62,952 bases of DNA, from assembly GCA_012026655.1 (NCBI GenBank), contig JAAILG010001699.1, forward strand, positions 1 through 62,952, in the 5' to 3' direction. A program made the translations under genes and the position numbers. The DNA is from Hydrolagus affinis. Lineage: Eukaryota. Of this stretch, positions 13,601 through 28,600 are shown piece after piece. The notes beneath the pieces are model-generated. The model was not told the origin of the DNA, ran no database searches, and worked only from the letters and a program-made list of their open reading frames with translations. Numbering within the stretch: the stretch's first letter is position 1; every line of letters starts with the position of its first letter.

Positions 13601-16600
13601 AAAAGCAGCAGTTATGAGTGGGAAATGTTCATCTCGCCTCCGGTCAATTTATACATTAAATTTGCTCAAAGAGCTTGGAATGAATGGTACTTTCAACTCG
13701 TGGTTAAGTAGAGATGTAGTGCATTGTCCCTTGAACAAGGCAAGTATATTTTGTTTGAACAGCTTTGGGTACACTTCTCTCAGAATAATGGAACTCGTGA
13801 AAGCCATAATTACTGGTATCTGTTAAAATTCTTTGAATGTATTTCTTCCCCCTCAGGGCTACGCCTTAGAAAGGTATATACAATGCTTGAACAAAAATAG
13901 TATTAAATATTCATTGGTATGTAATAGTTTCTGTATTCTAATCTGCCTAATAAAAGGCAGAACAAGAAATTGCCGAGAGAACATTTACAAAATAGCTTAA
14001 TCTTGACATTTAGGAAAGGTTTACAAATATTATAAATCCTGCTGGTAAATTAATGCTCTAATTATGTACTCTTTCCAGTACTGACTTAGCTGTGTAGCTA
14101 TGCCGTTGTGTTTTAGGACACGTGATCTTTGCAGTTCACCTTAGTACAATCTGCTTTTTCAGACACTAGTTCATGCAATATCAATGAAATTGCCTGTGGC
14201 CCTGGATCTCTTCATTGTATCCCTGTCTCCTGGAAATGTGATGGAGGAAAAGACTGTGATGATGGCAGTGACGAGGAGAACTGTGGTATCAGATGAGATG
14301 CCTTTTTTTTATTTTTTTATTTTTTAAGTTTCATGGTCTTTACTGTTCTTAAATGCTTAAGAATAGTCGATTAAGTTTATTTAAGTTGCCATAATATAGT
14401 TCTAAGTGGATCAGCACTAATTTTCGGCATCCTGAGGTTGTGCCCTGTAAAAGCTCTTTAGGATATTAAACTACTAGCCTTGCTCAGTACCTCCATGGTC
14501 TAATTGTATGGGTATGGTTTGGCTCACACATAGTCTAGGCTGACACTCCAATACAATTTTTAAGATCATGAGGGGATTCGACAGAGTAGATAAGGAAAAC
14601 CTGTTTCCACTGGTGGGTGTATCTGTGACTCGTGGTCACATATTTAAAATAGTTTCAAAAAGAAGCAGAGTGGGAGGTGAGGAGAAATTTTTCACACAGC
14701 GAGTTGTTCGAATCTGGAATGCATTGCCTGAAAAGGTGGTGGAGGCCGATTCGATAACAACTTTTAAAAGAGAGGTAGACATTTATTTGGGGAAACGGGT
14801 TTGCGAGGTTATGAGGAGAGAGCTGGGGAGTGGGATTGAGTTGCTCTTTTTAAAGAGCCTGCACAGACTCGATGGGCCAAATGGCCTCCTTTTGTGCTGT
14901 AAGATTCTATGATTATAATCATGGGGGTGTGTTCTGTTATCTGAAGTGCCATCCATTAGATGAGATGCTAAAGTCCCTTCTACTTGATGGTAAAAATCAT
15001 ATGACTCTTTGAAAAATTTGTGTCCTGACCAACTACAATAATAATCCTTGCATTTTATATAGTCTTATCACACTTTTGAGACTTTTCAAAGTGCTTCTTA
15101 CTGTAAAGTATATTTTGTAGGCAAAATATGGCAGCCAATTGCTTACCACAGTGTTGCACAATAGTTTTGGATTGAAGGACCATACTATTTTTTATTTTAT
15201 TTTTTTAGAGATTATAATGCCCTGGAAGAGCAATCCACCTATAGAATAACAGCTGGTTAATTAAATTGATGGCTCCCCTAATTAAATTGGTTGCTCACTT
15301 CATAATTGTTTCTGGAACAGTGTGGTATGAAATTGGCTGCTGTCTGTGTTCACTTGCAAAATAGTCACTAACATCAAAGTAAATTCTGTGAAGCTCAGAT
15401 TTCCTTCTAACATGAAATGCTGTCTAATGATGTAAGAGCTATATCTTGAATCTTGCTGTAATATCTCTGATCAAGGAGAACCCATTAGCAATCGGGAATT
15501 AAGCTGACCGATCTAGTTACTTGACATCAGCAGTGTCACTCCAGGCTAGCTATGCAAAATTCATCAACTTCACTTCAAACTGAATCTTATCCAATTGTTT
15601 GGAAAAGTGATTTTGCTGCCTTAAATTAGAGCTATTTGAATGGCTTGCTAGTGGTTCTGACAGAAATTGAATTGGGTGTTTTTTTTGTTCACTTTCAGCC
15701 CCATTTACTTGCAGTCCGCTGGAGTTCACATGCTCTAGTGGTCAATGTATTTCCAAGACCTTTGTCTGCAATGGCGAGGATGATTGTTTTGATGGAAGTG
15801 ACGAACACAACTGCGCTCCTGTCGTCTGTGGCCCTCACGAATTTCAGTGCAGCAATTCTGAGTGTATCCCATTCAACTGGGTGTGTGACGACAATGCTGA
15901 TTGTATAGATGAGTCTGACGAATCTCCAGCCTTCTGTGGGCACACGCTTCCCCCTCATGTCACCTGTTCTCTGAGTGAGGTCCAGTGTGCTTCAGGAGAA
16001 TGCCTCCATCAGCAATGGTACTGTGATGGCGACACTGACTGCGAAGATGGAAGTGATGAAGTTGATTGTCGTAAGTGGCTCTCTCCTGTATGCATGTGTA
16101 CTGTGGAATCATGCTTTACCAGAAGCGGTAATTCAAGTGTTGGCTCAAGCTCAACCTGTAGGTATATGCTTCTTGAGTACATGTGCAGGAAGTGCCACAA
16201 ATGTTGCATCCAACACATAGAATGCATAGCAAGCGTGTAAAGTGAAATCTCGGAAGACAGTCTTTTTTGTGTTTGGTCTTAGTGTTAGGAGGTTGGCCTG
16301 TACTTAGCATAAGGTAATACTTTGATTCAAAATGTTTCCTCCAATTCCTACAATTCACACTTGTATAGTGCTTTTTAAAATGTGGAGAAACTCAAAGTGC
16401 TTTGCAAACAACCTGAGCTGGAACAAAGCAGGGCAGGGATAGAGGTAACCAAAGGTGCAGTGTGAGATAGATTTTTGAAAGTGGGGGTGGGGGAGCTGGG
16501 TGGAGGGGATGTTGAGAGAGGTGGAAGATTGTTGGAAGAGTTTCAACGGGTGAGGGCAAAGTTTCTGCAAAAACTTCATGGTTGGTGAGACATTGTTGAA

Positions 16601-19600
16601 AGGATATGAAATAGCCATCAATCAATTCTGGGCCATCTGTTCACCAGGCTGATTTTGGCACAGAGATTAAATTTGACCACAAGGGTACCACAGTGTATTA
16701 ATGTGATCCAGCCAGCTATGGCAGTCAACAGAGTCCAGATTTAAGCCTTGTGTGCTCTGATGCACTGGCATTGCATTTGAGGGTAGATGTGACTGTTGTA
16801 CCAGGGACACTGGCAGGAATATAAGGCAGTTCAGGATTTGTTGATTGAGGCAGAGTATTGAGTAAGTTGAGTAGTACAAGAAGCATTATGCTTGTGATAA
16901 GCAAGAGTAGGAGTTGCAGTATTTTAGTGATAAGCTATTTTTATAACACTTTTTTCAATTTTAGAAACTTAAAAACTAATCTATAGGTGTAAGGAATTTG
17001 CAATCTAAATTAAATAGTATTGGGCCAATATTGACTGTATCATTAATGTTTTTGTTACTCTGATGCCCTTTAGAGGGAATGTACACTTTCACTTGCAGGT
17101 TCAATTATGTAATTTGGTGCCTAAATTGAAACCTTTTATGGTATTTAACATGCCGAACTCCTGAGGCAAATTGAAATCCTTTCCTTACCCTACTTCATTG
17201 TCCTAGCTGAATTATGACTACACCCATTCAGAACCTCGTGACTTCTGGACCATAGCTGCTTTGGTGGTCTGTACCATTTACCAAGTCTAAACCCTTGAAA
17301 TTTTTTTTTTATACATTAGTCATTTCAATCCACGACTGTTTGTGTGGGATACTGCTGTGCGCAATTGGCTGCCGCGTTTCGACCACAAATATACAGTCAA
17401 TTCACTTTACACTTATATATATTCACTTCATATTCTGTGAAGCGATTTGAGACATCTAGAAGACATGAAAAGCGCTATATCAAATGTAAGGATTATTATT
17501 ATTAAAATCCTAATAATTCCAAATCCTTTCTCTGGATTTCAGCTCCAAAAACGTGTCGCCCAGATCACTTCAGATGTGGTGATGGCAGCTGTATCTCTCA
17601 AAACAAGAAATGCAACAGATTTCAGGATTGTGTGGATGGCAGTGATGAAGTTAGTTGTGAAAATGGCAAGTATATAAATCCACATGTTAACCTTGACTTA
17701 TGAACTCTTCATTTCAAAGCTCTTAATTGGCTTGTTCTTTCTGCAGCTCTAGAGTGTACAGGTCCAACAATGTTTGAGTGTGGGAGTGGAGAATGTATCG
17801 ACTTTAACTTAGTATGTAACCGTCGCCAGGACTGCAGGGACTGGAGTGATGAACACCTCAAAACATGTAGTAAGTGGAGTTGGTTGTTCAAGTCTTCAAT
17901 TAGAAATATTCAAGAACAGAGGCCAGTACAGTAATAATGAACACAATTTTATTTTTGCAGATGTGAACGAATGTTTGGTGAGCAATGGTGGCTGCTCCCA
18001 CATCTGCATCGATCTGGTCATTGGTTATGAATGCGATTGCCCTATTGGTTTTCAGTTGGTTGATGAAAGAAACTGTGACGGTAAGTGGAATTGATCTTGA
18101 TGAGGTTGGAATTGGCTTATTTTATAATGCTGAAGGTGTTTTTATTGATTGTTGCAGATATCGATGAATGTCTCAACCCTGGAACCTGTAGTCAAATTTG
18201 CATCAATTCAAAAGGAAGTTATAAATGTGAATGCCAAGCAGGATTTCATATGGATTCAGCTAATGAGACGTGCAAGGCAGTAGGCAAGTGCATTGTGGAA
18301 GCAACACTTAACCGTCTAAACTTAGCAGTGAATATTGCGTCACTATTAAGATTGACCCTCCTTCTCTCTAGCCTAGCTTGGGTGCCCACAGATGGCTGAG
18401 ATAAGTGTTTGGAGACATCTTTCTGATGTGAAGGGTGCTATGTGTAAATTGTATTGGAATAAGGATCCCTGTCTCTTAACAACTGCAAATTATATTTATA
18501 TTACTTCTGCGATTGAGCTTGTAGTTTATGTTCAGTATGTATGTAAATTGATCCTTCATAGGGAAAGAGCCCACCTTGATCTTCACTAATCGTCATGATA
18601 TCAGGAAACTAGGTCTGCATCACAAAGAGTACACTCAGGTCGCTATACATATGAGAAATGTTGTGGCGCTGGATGCTGATGTTGAGGCCCAAATGATCTT
18701 TTGGGCTGACGTGGGAGAGCATGCAATTTTCAGGTATGAATCTGTTCTAGCTCAACATTACACTTAATGTGGAATTAGTCCTAATGTCTTCAGTCAGTCT
18801 TTGTAACTATACAAAGGATAAGTCCTTCCTTTATTCCCCATGATTGCTTCATCCACTTAATTGCAAAATTATTATTTGAAAAAATACCTTGAATTTGAAG
18901 TCCCAGGCCCATCATCCATGTGTAACAAGTTTGGCTTGAATGAAGTTGTGTATTTGATTTACTTACACTGAATATACCTATCAAATCGGAACTAAACTAT
19001 TGTCATCTGTTGTACAGATTGTCCATGGCTAAATGGGAAGGTGTTTCCAAAATAGTGGATGCCCAAATGCCTGTGGGAATTGCCGTGGACTGGATCTACA
19101 AGCACATTTACTGGACTGATCGTGACGCTAAAACAATATCCGTGGCTACCTTTGACGGAACCAAGATGACCATTCTTTTTGACACTGACCTAACGGAACC
19201 AGCTTCTGTAGCAGTTGATCCTCTATCAGGGTACTTTACCTTCCTGTAACTTAGTGAAGGAGGGCATCTCTTGCAGTTTGGTACATCTTCCTCTGCAATT
19301 CAAAACTATAATGGCTGGTGTTTAGTTCCAGGGCTGGAGGAAAGAGGATTCTTCCATCTTCTTAAATTAGTCTTTGGAGCTAATGCTGTACTGTATTACA
19401 ATGGATTCTAACATTTTTTAATGTAGGGGAATTAGAATTTGGCAGTCCTGTTTCTAAAGCCTCTTTTCCTAATTCATTGTATTATATGTATTAATTAATT
19501 CCATTAATTAATGTAATACATTGTATTACATTAAGATGATTTCTAATGTTGTGCAATGTTAAAGGATTCTATTCACCTAGATTCTTCCAATTCAAGATTA

Positions 19601-22600
19601 CTTTTATGGTTCTTGACTTTAAAGGTTTGTTTACTGGTCCGACTGCGGTGAACCAGCAAAGATTGAAAAATCGGGCATGAATGGTGTTGATCGCCAGGTT
19701 CTAGTTACCAAAGAGATTCAGTGTCCAAATGGCATTGCATTAGGTAAGTAGGGTAATATACTACTTTATAGCCTTCTAAGTTACTAAATCCTGGCTGGTA
19801 AATTCTACTTTGTCCTCAGATCTTGTGAAAAGCCGTCTCTATTGGGTTGATTCGAAACTCCACACCTTGTCAAGTGTGGACCTCAATGGTCATGTTAGAA
19901 GAACTGTGATCCAGTCTAAAGATTCCCTTGTTCATCCAAATGCGGTTTCTGTGTTTGAGGTAAAAATCCATCTTATTTCTTTTGTACAATACTTTTTGTA
20001 TGTCTTATTTTTATAAATGCAACAGTTTAACAGTCTAATATTAATGTGGAGTGGAAACTACTGCAAAAAGGTAACTCATTGCATGGTAAACTTGTATTTA
20101 GCTTTTAAGCAATTTTTTTTCCAAACCTTTTTTTGGCTGAAAAAGTTTGTAATCTGACAGGTCCTTGTTGGGCCACAGGAAATTAGTGCTGTATGTCAGC
20201 CAAAATTAGTAGCTTGCCTATCACATTTAGTTCTCTTTAGTTGAGCTATAACAGTCTAATAGTGAGGATACAATATTTGCTTGCAGTTCAGAACAGGAAC
20301 ATTTCATCTTTAGCCTCTCAAATAACATATAATACTACTACCAATAATAATCCATGCATTTGTTATAGCGCTTTTCACATCTTCTAGATGTCTCAAAGCG
20401 CTTCACAGAATATACTGTAAAGTATATATGTGGGCAAAACACGGCAGCCAATTGCGCAGGGCAGTGTCCTACAAACAGTCGTGGATGGAAATAACCACTT
20501 TTTTTTTGAGGGATTATTATTAGGCCTGTTGGAGTAAGGAAACTTGCCCAAGGTTTCGCCTTGCCTGGAATTGAACCCAGGTCTCTCGCTTATAGGGCAG
20601 TTCTCTAACCACTGAGCTACAAGACTCCACGTACAGATCATAAAGATTGAAATGGGATGTTTTCAAGTAATGGGTGCTATTGATGGGCCAATGTGTATCT
20701 CCTGCAACTGGGAGCAGGTTTGATAGACTTGCTGTAAGCTTTGATCTGCCCATAAGGAGAGGCAAGTAATTTTTTTAAAAGAAGAAGTTAACTTAAAAAC
20801 AATGCAGTACAATTTTCTAGCTTAGGTTTGTATACTTTATAGCGGCATTTTTAAATATCTTCAGTCAATTACTGTAAACTAATTTTACTTTTGATTTAAC
20901 AGTAACAAAAAGGAAGTATTTCAAGTCTTGTCTTGAATCTGCATTTGTTTCAGGATCAAGTCTTTTGGATAGATGGGCAGAATGGAACCATATATGGAGC
21001 CAACAAATATACAGGAGAAGATTTGGTGGTTTTAGCTTCTAACCTTAAGGAACCTCAAGACCTTATTGTTTATCATGAGCTAATACAACCAATTGGTAGG
21101 ATCATTTATTCTTTGTTTCAAAAGTAAAACACAATTCATGTTGTAATGAAATAATAATCCTTGCATTTGATATAGTCCCTTATTACATTGATGTCTCAAA
21201 GTGCTTCACAGAATACATTGTAAAATGAATTGATTGTTTTGTGGCAAAAGATTATGATTCAGGATTTCTTGACTGGGTTGGAAAATAGTCCAATGGATCT
21301 TCAATCTTCAAGATGTGTGCAGAAATTGGCCCCCTTTTGCACTTTTGCATGTTAATGTCTCATCCATTAAGTATTTCTCAATGATTTGTTTTAAAACTAC
21401 AGGTTTCAGCATTGAGAAACATTGAGATATCATGCAATTCCATGGAGTGGATACCTGCTTGAAAGAGCACGTAGTGATTACAGGGCCTGTCTCAAAGTAT
21501 TTGCATTTGGGGACTACATATAGTCCAAGGTGGATTTCTTTGGGTGACAGGGGAGAACATATAAACTGGAAAGAGTTGTGATGGCCCTGTGAGGATTAAG
21601 GGAAAATTCCAAAGAGCAAGGCTGAAATCTTGCCTGCCCACCAATTGTCTAAGGTGACCTTAAAGACAATAAAGCAAACTTCTGTCTGCAGAACAGTGGG
21701 GTAGATGGAGAGAGCAGGCCTGTAGGAGAACAGAAGTAGGGTAGTTCAAGGCTATATGTTGAGGAAGGGATCGAGCTAATGAACATTGCGTTCCACATGT
21801 CTGACTTTGAAAGTTTTCATTCACAGGTATAAACTGGTGCAATAAAAGTTTGAAGAATGGAGACTGTGAATACCTCTGTCTCCCTGCTCCTCAGATCGCT
21901 GGTCACTCTCTAAAATATGCTTGTGTATGTCCATCTGGCATGCATCTGGATGATGGACAGAGGTGTAGATTGGGTATGTTCCAACACTATGATTTAGGCT
22001 GGGATACAACTGCAAAGATAACCAACATTATTCATTCTAGTCTGGGGCCATTTGCTTGTGTGGAAATCATTATGCCTGATGCTGACCTTGCAACATAGAA
22101 GTCATTGATATTTGCAATGTTGCCATGGGTGAAATTTAGTTGTAAAGGGCAATTTCAGGACAAACCAGGAATGATTGCTTTACCCCAGAGAGTAATCAAC
22201 AATTGAGACAGATGGCCAAGAAGAGTGGTTGAAATCAGGGCACTAGATTTGTTTTAAATATATAGCTTGATGCTGTAATGGGAAGATGGTAGGTAGGTCA
22301 ACTGGAAGATGAGATCAAATGAGCCTGAGGGTGTTCTTCATCCAAATCATTTTTGTAATCTATGAACTCGGTCCAAACTAGCGTCAATCAAATGTTACAT
22401 TTACTTGTTATATTTACTGATGGGTATAAGGAATTGTCTAACAGAATGCTATTTAGAACAAATGTTAAGGTAGTGTAGCAAGTCAATCTTCCAATAGCAG
22501 TAACTGAATTTCTAACGTAAATTCAATCAAGTTTTCTCAAGGATTGAATATGAGGGAGTACTTAAATTAGTTTTCCTTTCAGACATAAGGGCTTGTCCTT

Positions 22601-25600
22601 TCAATACATTGAGCTGTGACCCTGGATTTGCACACTGCATTCCTGTTGCCTGGAAATGTGATGGAGAAAAAGATTGTGAAAATGGAAGTGATGAGGAGAA
22701 CTGTGGTATGTTTCATGTTTGTTAATTCACAATGAAAAGATCTTCCTCATTCAGCTCAAACTTGGAGGAAAAAAAAGTCAACCAATTAATTGTGGGTAGG
22801 AATAGACTATTTTAATGGGGTGGAGATTAAGTTAGGATGAATATTTTAGTGAAGAGCTACCTTAAATTTGCATTTTGTCTCCTCAAATGTTTTGCAAATG
22901 CCCTTTAGGTACAAAATAAAATGTCACCATAAGATGTAAAATTCAATAATGTATGATTATAGTGATTATTAAAGTGTTTTCAAATTCTTGCATATTACAT
23001 GAGCACTACATAGGATTTACTATGATTTGTGGTGATTTTTTTTTTTACCATTCAACAATAAACTTTGAAGCACAGGTTATTTGGCCCATCCTGTCTGTGC
23101 TGGCTCTTAAGATCAATTCTTCCCCCATACCACTGTAGCTTACTACTTATAGAAAATCTTGTATGTAATCATCTTTTGCTTATTTTTTAGCCCAATCCAC
23201 TTGCAGTCCACTAGAATTCATGTGCTCCAGTGGCCGATGTGTTTCCAAGACCTTTGTCTGCAATGGGGAAGATGACTGTGCTGATGGAAGTGATGAACAA
23301 GGATGTAGTACACCAATCTGTGGACCACATGATTTTCAGTGCAAGAATTCTGAGTGTATCCCACTGACCTGGGTGTGCGATGACAATACTGACTGCACTG
23401 ACCAATCTGATGAATCTCTAGAAAACTGTGGACATACTCTTCCTCCTATCATGTGTTCCTTTAGTGAGACGCAGTGTGGTTCTGGTGAATGTGTCAACCG
23501 CAGTTGGTATTGTGATGGGGATGCTGACTGTAAAGATGGGAGTGACGAAGTGAACTGTCGTAAGTATAGCTCATTGATTCCCTTAATTATACACGCAAAG
23601 TACATTTGCCAGACCCGGAGTAGCAACGCAGTATTTAACTAGGGAGGGTATGGAAATGATGCAAAAGAGAAGTAATCAGCTATTTTTGGAACTTGCACAA
23701 GCTATGACTTTCTAAAACTGCTCTGAAGAAACTCTAAACTAGAAAACGATGCATTAGCAATCCCTCAAAAAAAAATTGGTCATTTCAATCCACGACTGTT
23801 TGTGCGACCCTGCTGTGCCCAATTGGCCGCCACATTTTGCCCAGAAATATACAGTCAATTCACTTTCCAGTATTCTGTGAAGCGCTTTGAGACGTCTGGA
23901 AGACGTGAAAAGCACTGCATCAAACGCAAGGATTATTATTAATATTGTTAACCATGTGAATGATACATTTTTAAAATAAGCACTGACATTGTGACCACTT
24001 TTATTCCAGCTCCTCGCACGTGTAGACCCAATCAGTTCACATGCACTGATGGCACTTGTATCCAGGAGGACTGGAAGTGCAATGAAATGCGGGACTGTGT
24101 TGATGGTAGTGATGAAGTGAACTGTGCAAATGGCAAGTACTGTATGTGTTATGACTGGCACTAGTATTGGGTTTCACAGATGTAAACTGCAACGAGATTG
24201 TTGATGGCAGTGAGATCATCTATGCTGAGCATAAATTATTATCTTATATTAATTTAACATACCTCCTGCAGCTGCTGAGTGTCTTGGGCCATCTGACTTT
24301 AAGTGTCAAAATGGAGAATGCATAGATGTTGCCCAAGTGTGCAACCAACAGCTTGACTGTCATGATTGGAGTGATGAACCTTCCTATTGTAGTAAGTGGC
24401 AAATCAGGGGCATGCAATTTGAACTCTAGTAGCTTACTTGCTCTGATAAAGAATAAAATATGATATCTCAGTTTCAAAATGTGCCCTGATGTCTTTACAA
24501 GCTTCATATTACAAAGCACAGAAATACTGGATTAAAAAATAATGCTCGTCTCCAATATAGCTGTCATTTTTATTGATATGTCTAGCTACACTTTATCGAA
24601 TCCTTATTCTAGTGTATGTTATTGTACCTCAATGTACATCATGCCTCTTCTGATGCAACCTAACGATATCTGAATACTCTGAGACATAGAACTGTATAGC
24701 AAATGCTTCAGGTTTTACAAATTTGCATTTTACTTCAGTAAATGTATTCCTGAGCAATTTCAATCTTGCTTCTGCAGTAGAAGTGGGTAAAAATTTGCAT
24801 ATTATATATTATATATATATTAATTATGTACATATGTATATAATTAAACAGACTGAATATAAAAGTTGCTTGGAAGTGTTTGTATTCAGATATATAAAAC
24901 AATGAGGATACTTAGCTTAAATGGTGTCCGGGGAAATAGATACTGAAATTTCTCTCTTTGCTTTACAGATTTGAATGAATGCTTAGTAGACAATGGTGGC
25001 TGCTCCCATGTATGCAGAGATCTTCCTATAGGCTCAGAATGCGATTGCCCTTCTGGTTTCAAGTTGATTGATGGGAAAACATGTGGAGGTGAGATGAGTG
25101 TCCTAATCTACAAAATCATCACTATTCAATACAACTTTCAGAATGTGGCTTTTTCTTTCAGATATTGATGAATGCCTGAGCCCGGGGACCTGCAGTCAAA
25201 TTTGCATCAATTTAAAAGGAAGTTATAAATGTGATTGCCATACAGGATATCTTGTGGATCCAGCTACTGGACTTTGTAAAGCAGCAGGTAGGATAGTCTT
25301 TGTTTGGACACTAGGGGTCACTGTTGTGAATGCTGAATTGATCCTGTCTCAAAGTGTTCCATTTTCAAACCATTTCACCTGCCCCCTTTGAGCAATGGTC
25401 ACCAGCCTACTTCATGCCCAATGTTGGCAGTCGGACTTTGCCGCTGCTCAAATTCTTCCTGAAGTATCTCCATCTCCCTCACCTTTCAAGGTCCATCTCA
25501 AGACCTCCCGCTGGTGGTACCCTTGGACCTCTTTCCACTCCTGAGCTCCCACCTTCCACAGAATTTATACCAATTTAGGACTGTAGATTACTTTGGGCAT

Positions 25601-28600
25601 CCTCACAATGTGAAAGGCGCTGTATAAATTTGAATCTGTATTCTATGCAAAGTCCATTAGTGGAAGAGCCTTACAACACTACTGTTATGTGAAAGGCGCT
25701 ATACTAATAGAATTTGTTGTTATGTCACAAATATTGCATACTTGATTTTTTTTAATAGTCTGATTCTATGCAGGCAAAATAATCTTGCCTTTCAACATAC
25801 ACTTATCTGCATGTCAGGCCTTGGCAACTATGATTTTGCTCCTGAACCTTCAGTTAAAAAAAGCCAGAATGTACAAAATAGTTTGCAACACAAAATAAAT
25901 TACATTTGTACAGCAGCTTTCACATAATAGTAACCTATGTTGTGAAAGGATAACCAATAATATTCTAAAGTAGGTATACACGACTGATATAGATAGTCAA
26001 TTAAATCCTAACTTTCTGGGTATCATCTTATCGGTGAACAATCTTAGTTTTTTAATTTATGGGTATCTTCAATGCAAGGTATTGTTCTAAAGCTCAGAAG
26101 AATCTACAATTTATCACTGCCCAAGCAAGAGTTGACAGTCGTGAAAAAGTGAATAGTGATCATAAATTGAGACATATCACGTGTGGTAGAATTGAGTTTG
26201 CTGGTTTTATTACTATGAATCATAATGGACATGGACACCAATATAGCAGTAATAGATCCAATAAAAGACAAAATTAATAATCCAAAGAATGGTGGTAATA
26301 AACAGGATGATTTGGTTTAGCAGAATGAGTGAAAATCAACTGCATTAAGCAGAATAGAATACCAGCTAGAAACATTTGGCAAAACCGTGTTACAATTTAG
26401 TAGTAAGAGCATGAACATTGTTGATACAACCAAGAATCAGAGAGCAGAAGTGAAATAATTTAACTAAAATGACCCGAATTATGGCAAACTCAATCATAAC
26501 AACGAAAAATAACTGATCAAGCAGACACTCAACAACAAGAATAATAAAAACATTTGAAACAAGTTTCCAATGATTGTCTGTGTGGTTCATGGTGAATGCT
26601 ACGAGGTGGAATTCTGCTTAATGCTTCTTGATTGTATCGACGTTGTTCATGAGCATTAGGTGAAAAACATCTAATGAAAACTATAATGGTGGTTAAAAAC
26701 ATTTGTGATAGAATTAATTATAATAATGATTATAGTTCTATTGTTTGATGTAGTGTCTAATAACATCTTTGAAACATCTCAAAGCTCTTCACAGAACAAA
26801 CTGTAAAGTGAATTATTGTATATAATTATTGTGTATATATAATCAGGGCAAAACCTTGGGCAAGTTTCCTTACCCCACAGACCTAGTAATAATCCCTCCA
26901 CAAAAAACACAATAATAAAAATTGGTCATTTCAATCCATGACTGTTTGTGGGACACTGCTGTGCGCAATTGGCTGCTGAGTTTCGCCCACAAATATACAG
27001 TTAATTCATTTTACAGTATATTCTGTGAAGATCGATTTCAAGATCCTCACTATGGTTTTCAAATCTTTCCACTCCTCTGCAGCCCCCTACCTCTCTGACC
27101 ACCTCTCTCCTCAAAACAGCACCAGTTGCCTTCACTCCTCTGATTCGGGTCCCCTGAATCCTCCGCTCCACCATCGGCAGCCATGCCTTCAGCCATTACA
27201 CCCCGAAGCTCTGGAACTCCCTTCCTCACACCCTTCGCCTCGCCCCCCTCTCTTCCTAGTTTCAGGTCTCAGCTAAAGACCTTTCTTTTCAACCGCGCCT
27301 TTGTCACTTTTTTCCCCCTGCCCTGGCTCAGCCCTGGGATTCGTTATTGTGAAGCGCTCTGAGATGCCGTCTGGCGTGGAGGGCGCTATATAAATTGAAG
27401 TTGTTGTTGTGTGCAATTGGCTGCCGCGTTTCACCCACATGTATACAGTCAATTCACCTTACAGTATATTCTGTGAAGCGCTTTGAGACATCTTTTATAA
27501 AAGACATGAAAAGCACTATATCGGATGCAAGGATTATTATTATAATAATCAATCTGGTACCAAGTTCCATTAAGTAATGCAGAGAAAGGACATCTACAAA
27601 TGTGTTTGATGTGGTTTAATATTTCAGAAAACATAAAAATTGCATTAAACTCATTCATTCTGCTGATGATTATGGCTTTCCAAAGGAGACCTATTAGAAA
27701 CGTACACCATACACACCATATCATGATGAGATCATTTCTAAAACAGTTTTTGTATTCCATAGAGTTCAGTATTGTGTGTCCTGATGTTGTGATATGACCG
27801 AGTGCTGAGATTTAGCTCCTAGTATGGATTTTGTTGTTCGTTGCATCCTGGTACTTTCACAATACAGTAATGGTCCAAGTTCATACATGAAGTTGGAAAA
27901 ATGGTTATTATTCTACCATCCATCTATTTTGTCTCATGATTATCCCGACAGTAATAAAAGCCCTGTTGTATATTACATCTGCTTGCCCATCCCAATAGAA
28001 GGGGGTAACTTATTTGTTATGCGTCAATACATTTCATTCTCCTTACCTTTGGCCCTTTTCACAGGAAAAGAGCCTTTTTTAATCTTTACTAACCACCATG
28101 ACATCAGGAAACTGGGACTCCACCACAATGAGTACACCCAGTTAGCTGTGCAGCTGAGAAATGCAGTGGCGTTAGATGCAGACATTGCAGCACAGAGGAT
28201 CTTCTGGGCTGACTTGACAGAGCGGGCCATTTTCAGGCAAGTTTAATTAGGCTGCAGTAATGTAAGATGTGGCATTTTTACTTGCAGTAATCTCTACACT
28301 TCATCCAACAAAATGTTATCCTGCTGAACTTAATAATTTAGCCTTAACTATCTAAATATTTTCACCTGGAAGGAGCGTACAGCAATGTGCATGGCCTTCC
28401 TAGGCATCTTTCAAATCAGTTTAAATTGACCATAATTGAATGAAAATGACTAAAGTAGTGAGACTATTTCATTGGGAAGTCCACCCTAATTATTTACAAG
28501 TAAACTAAATTTAATATATTCATCTTGCAGCTACCTATTGTCAAGCCAATTTTTAACTAAAACATTCCATTTTCACTCAATTTAGTAATATAACCTTTTC

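Noticed and set aside
19508-19534. 27-bp perfect palindrome ttaatgtaataca-t-tgtattacattaa
   Set aside because: It lies in an AT-rich, low-complexity intron context, occurs once, and has no supporting structure.
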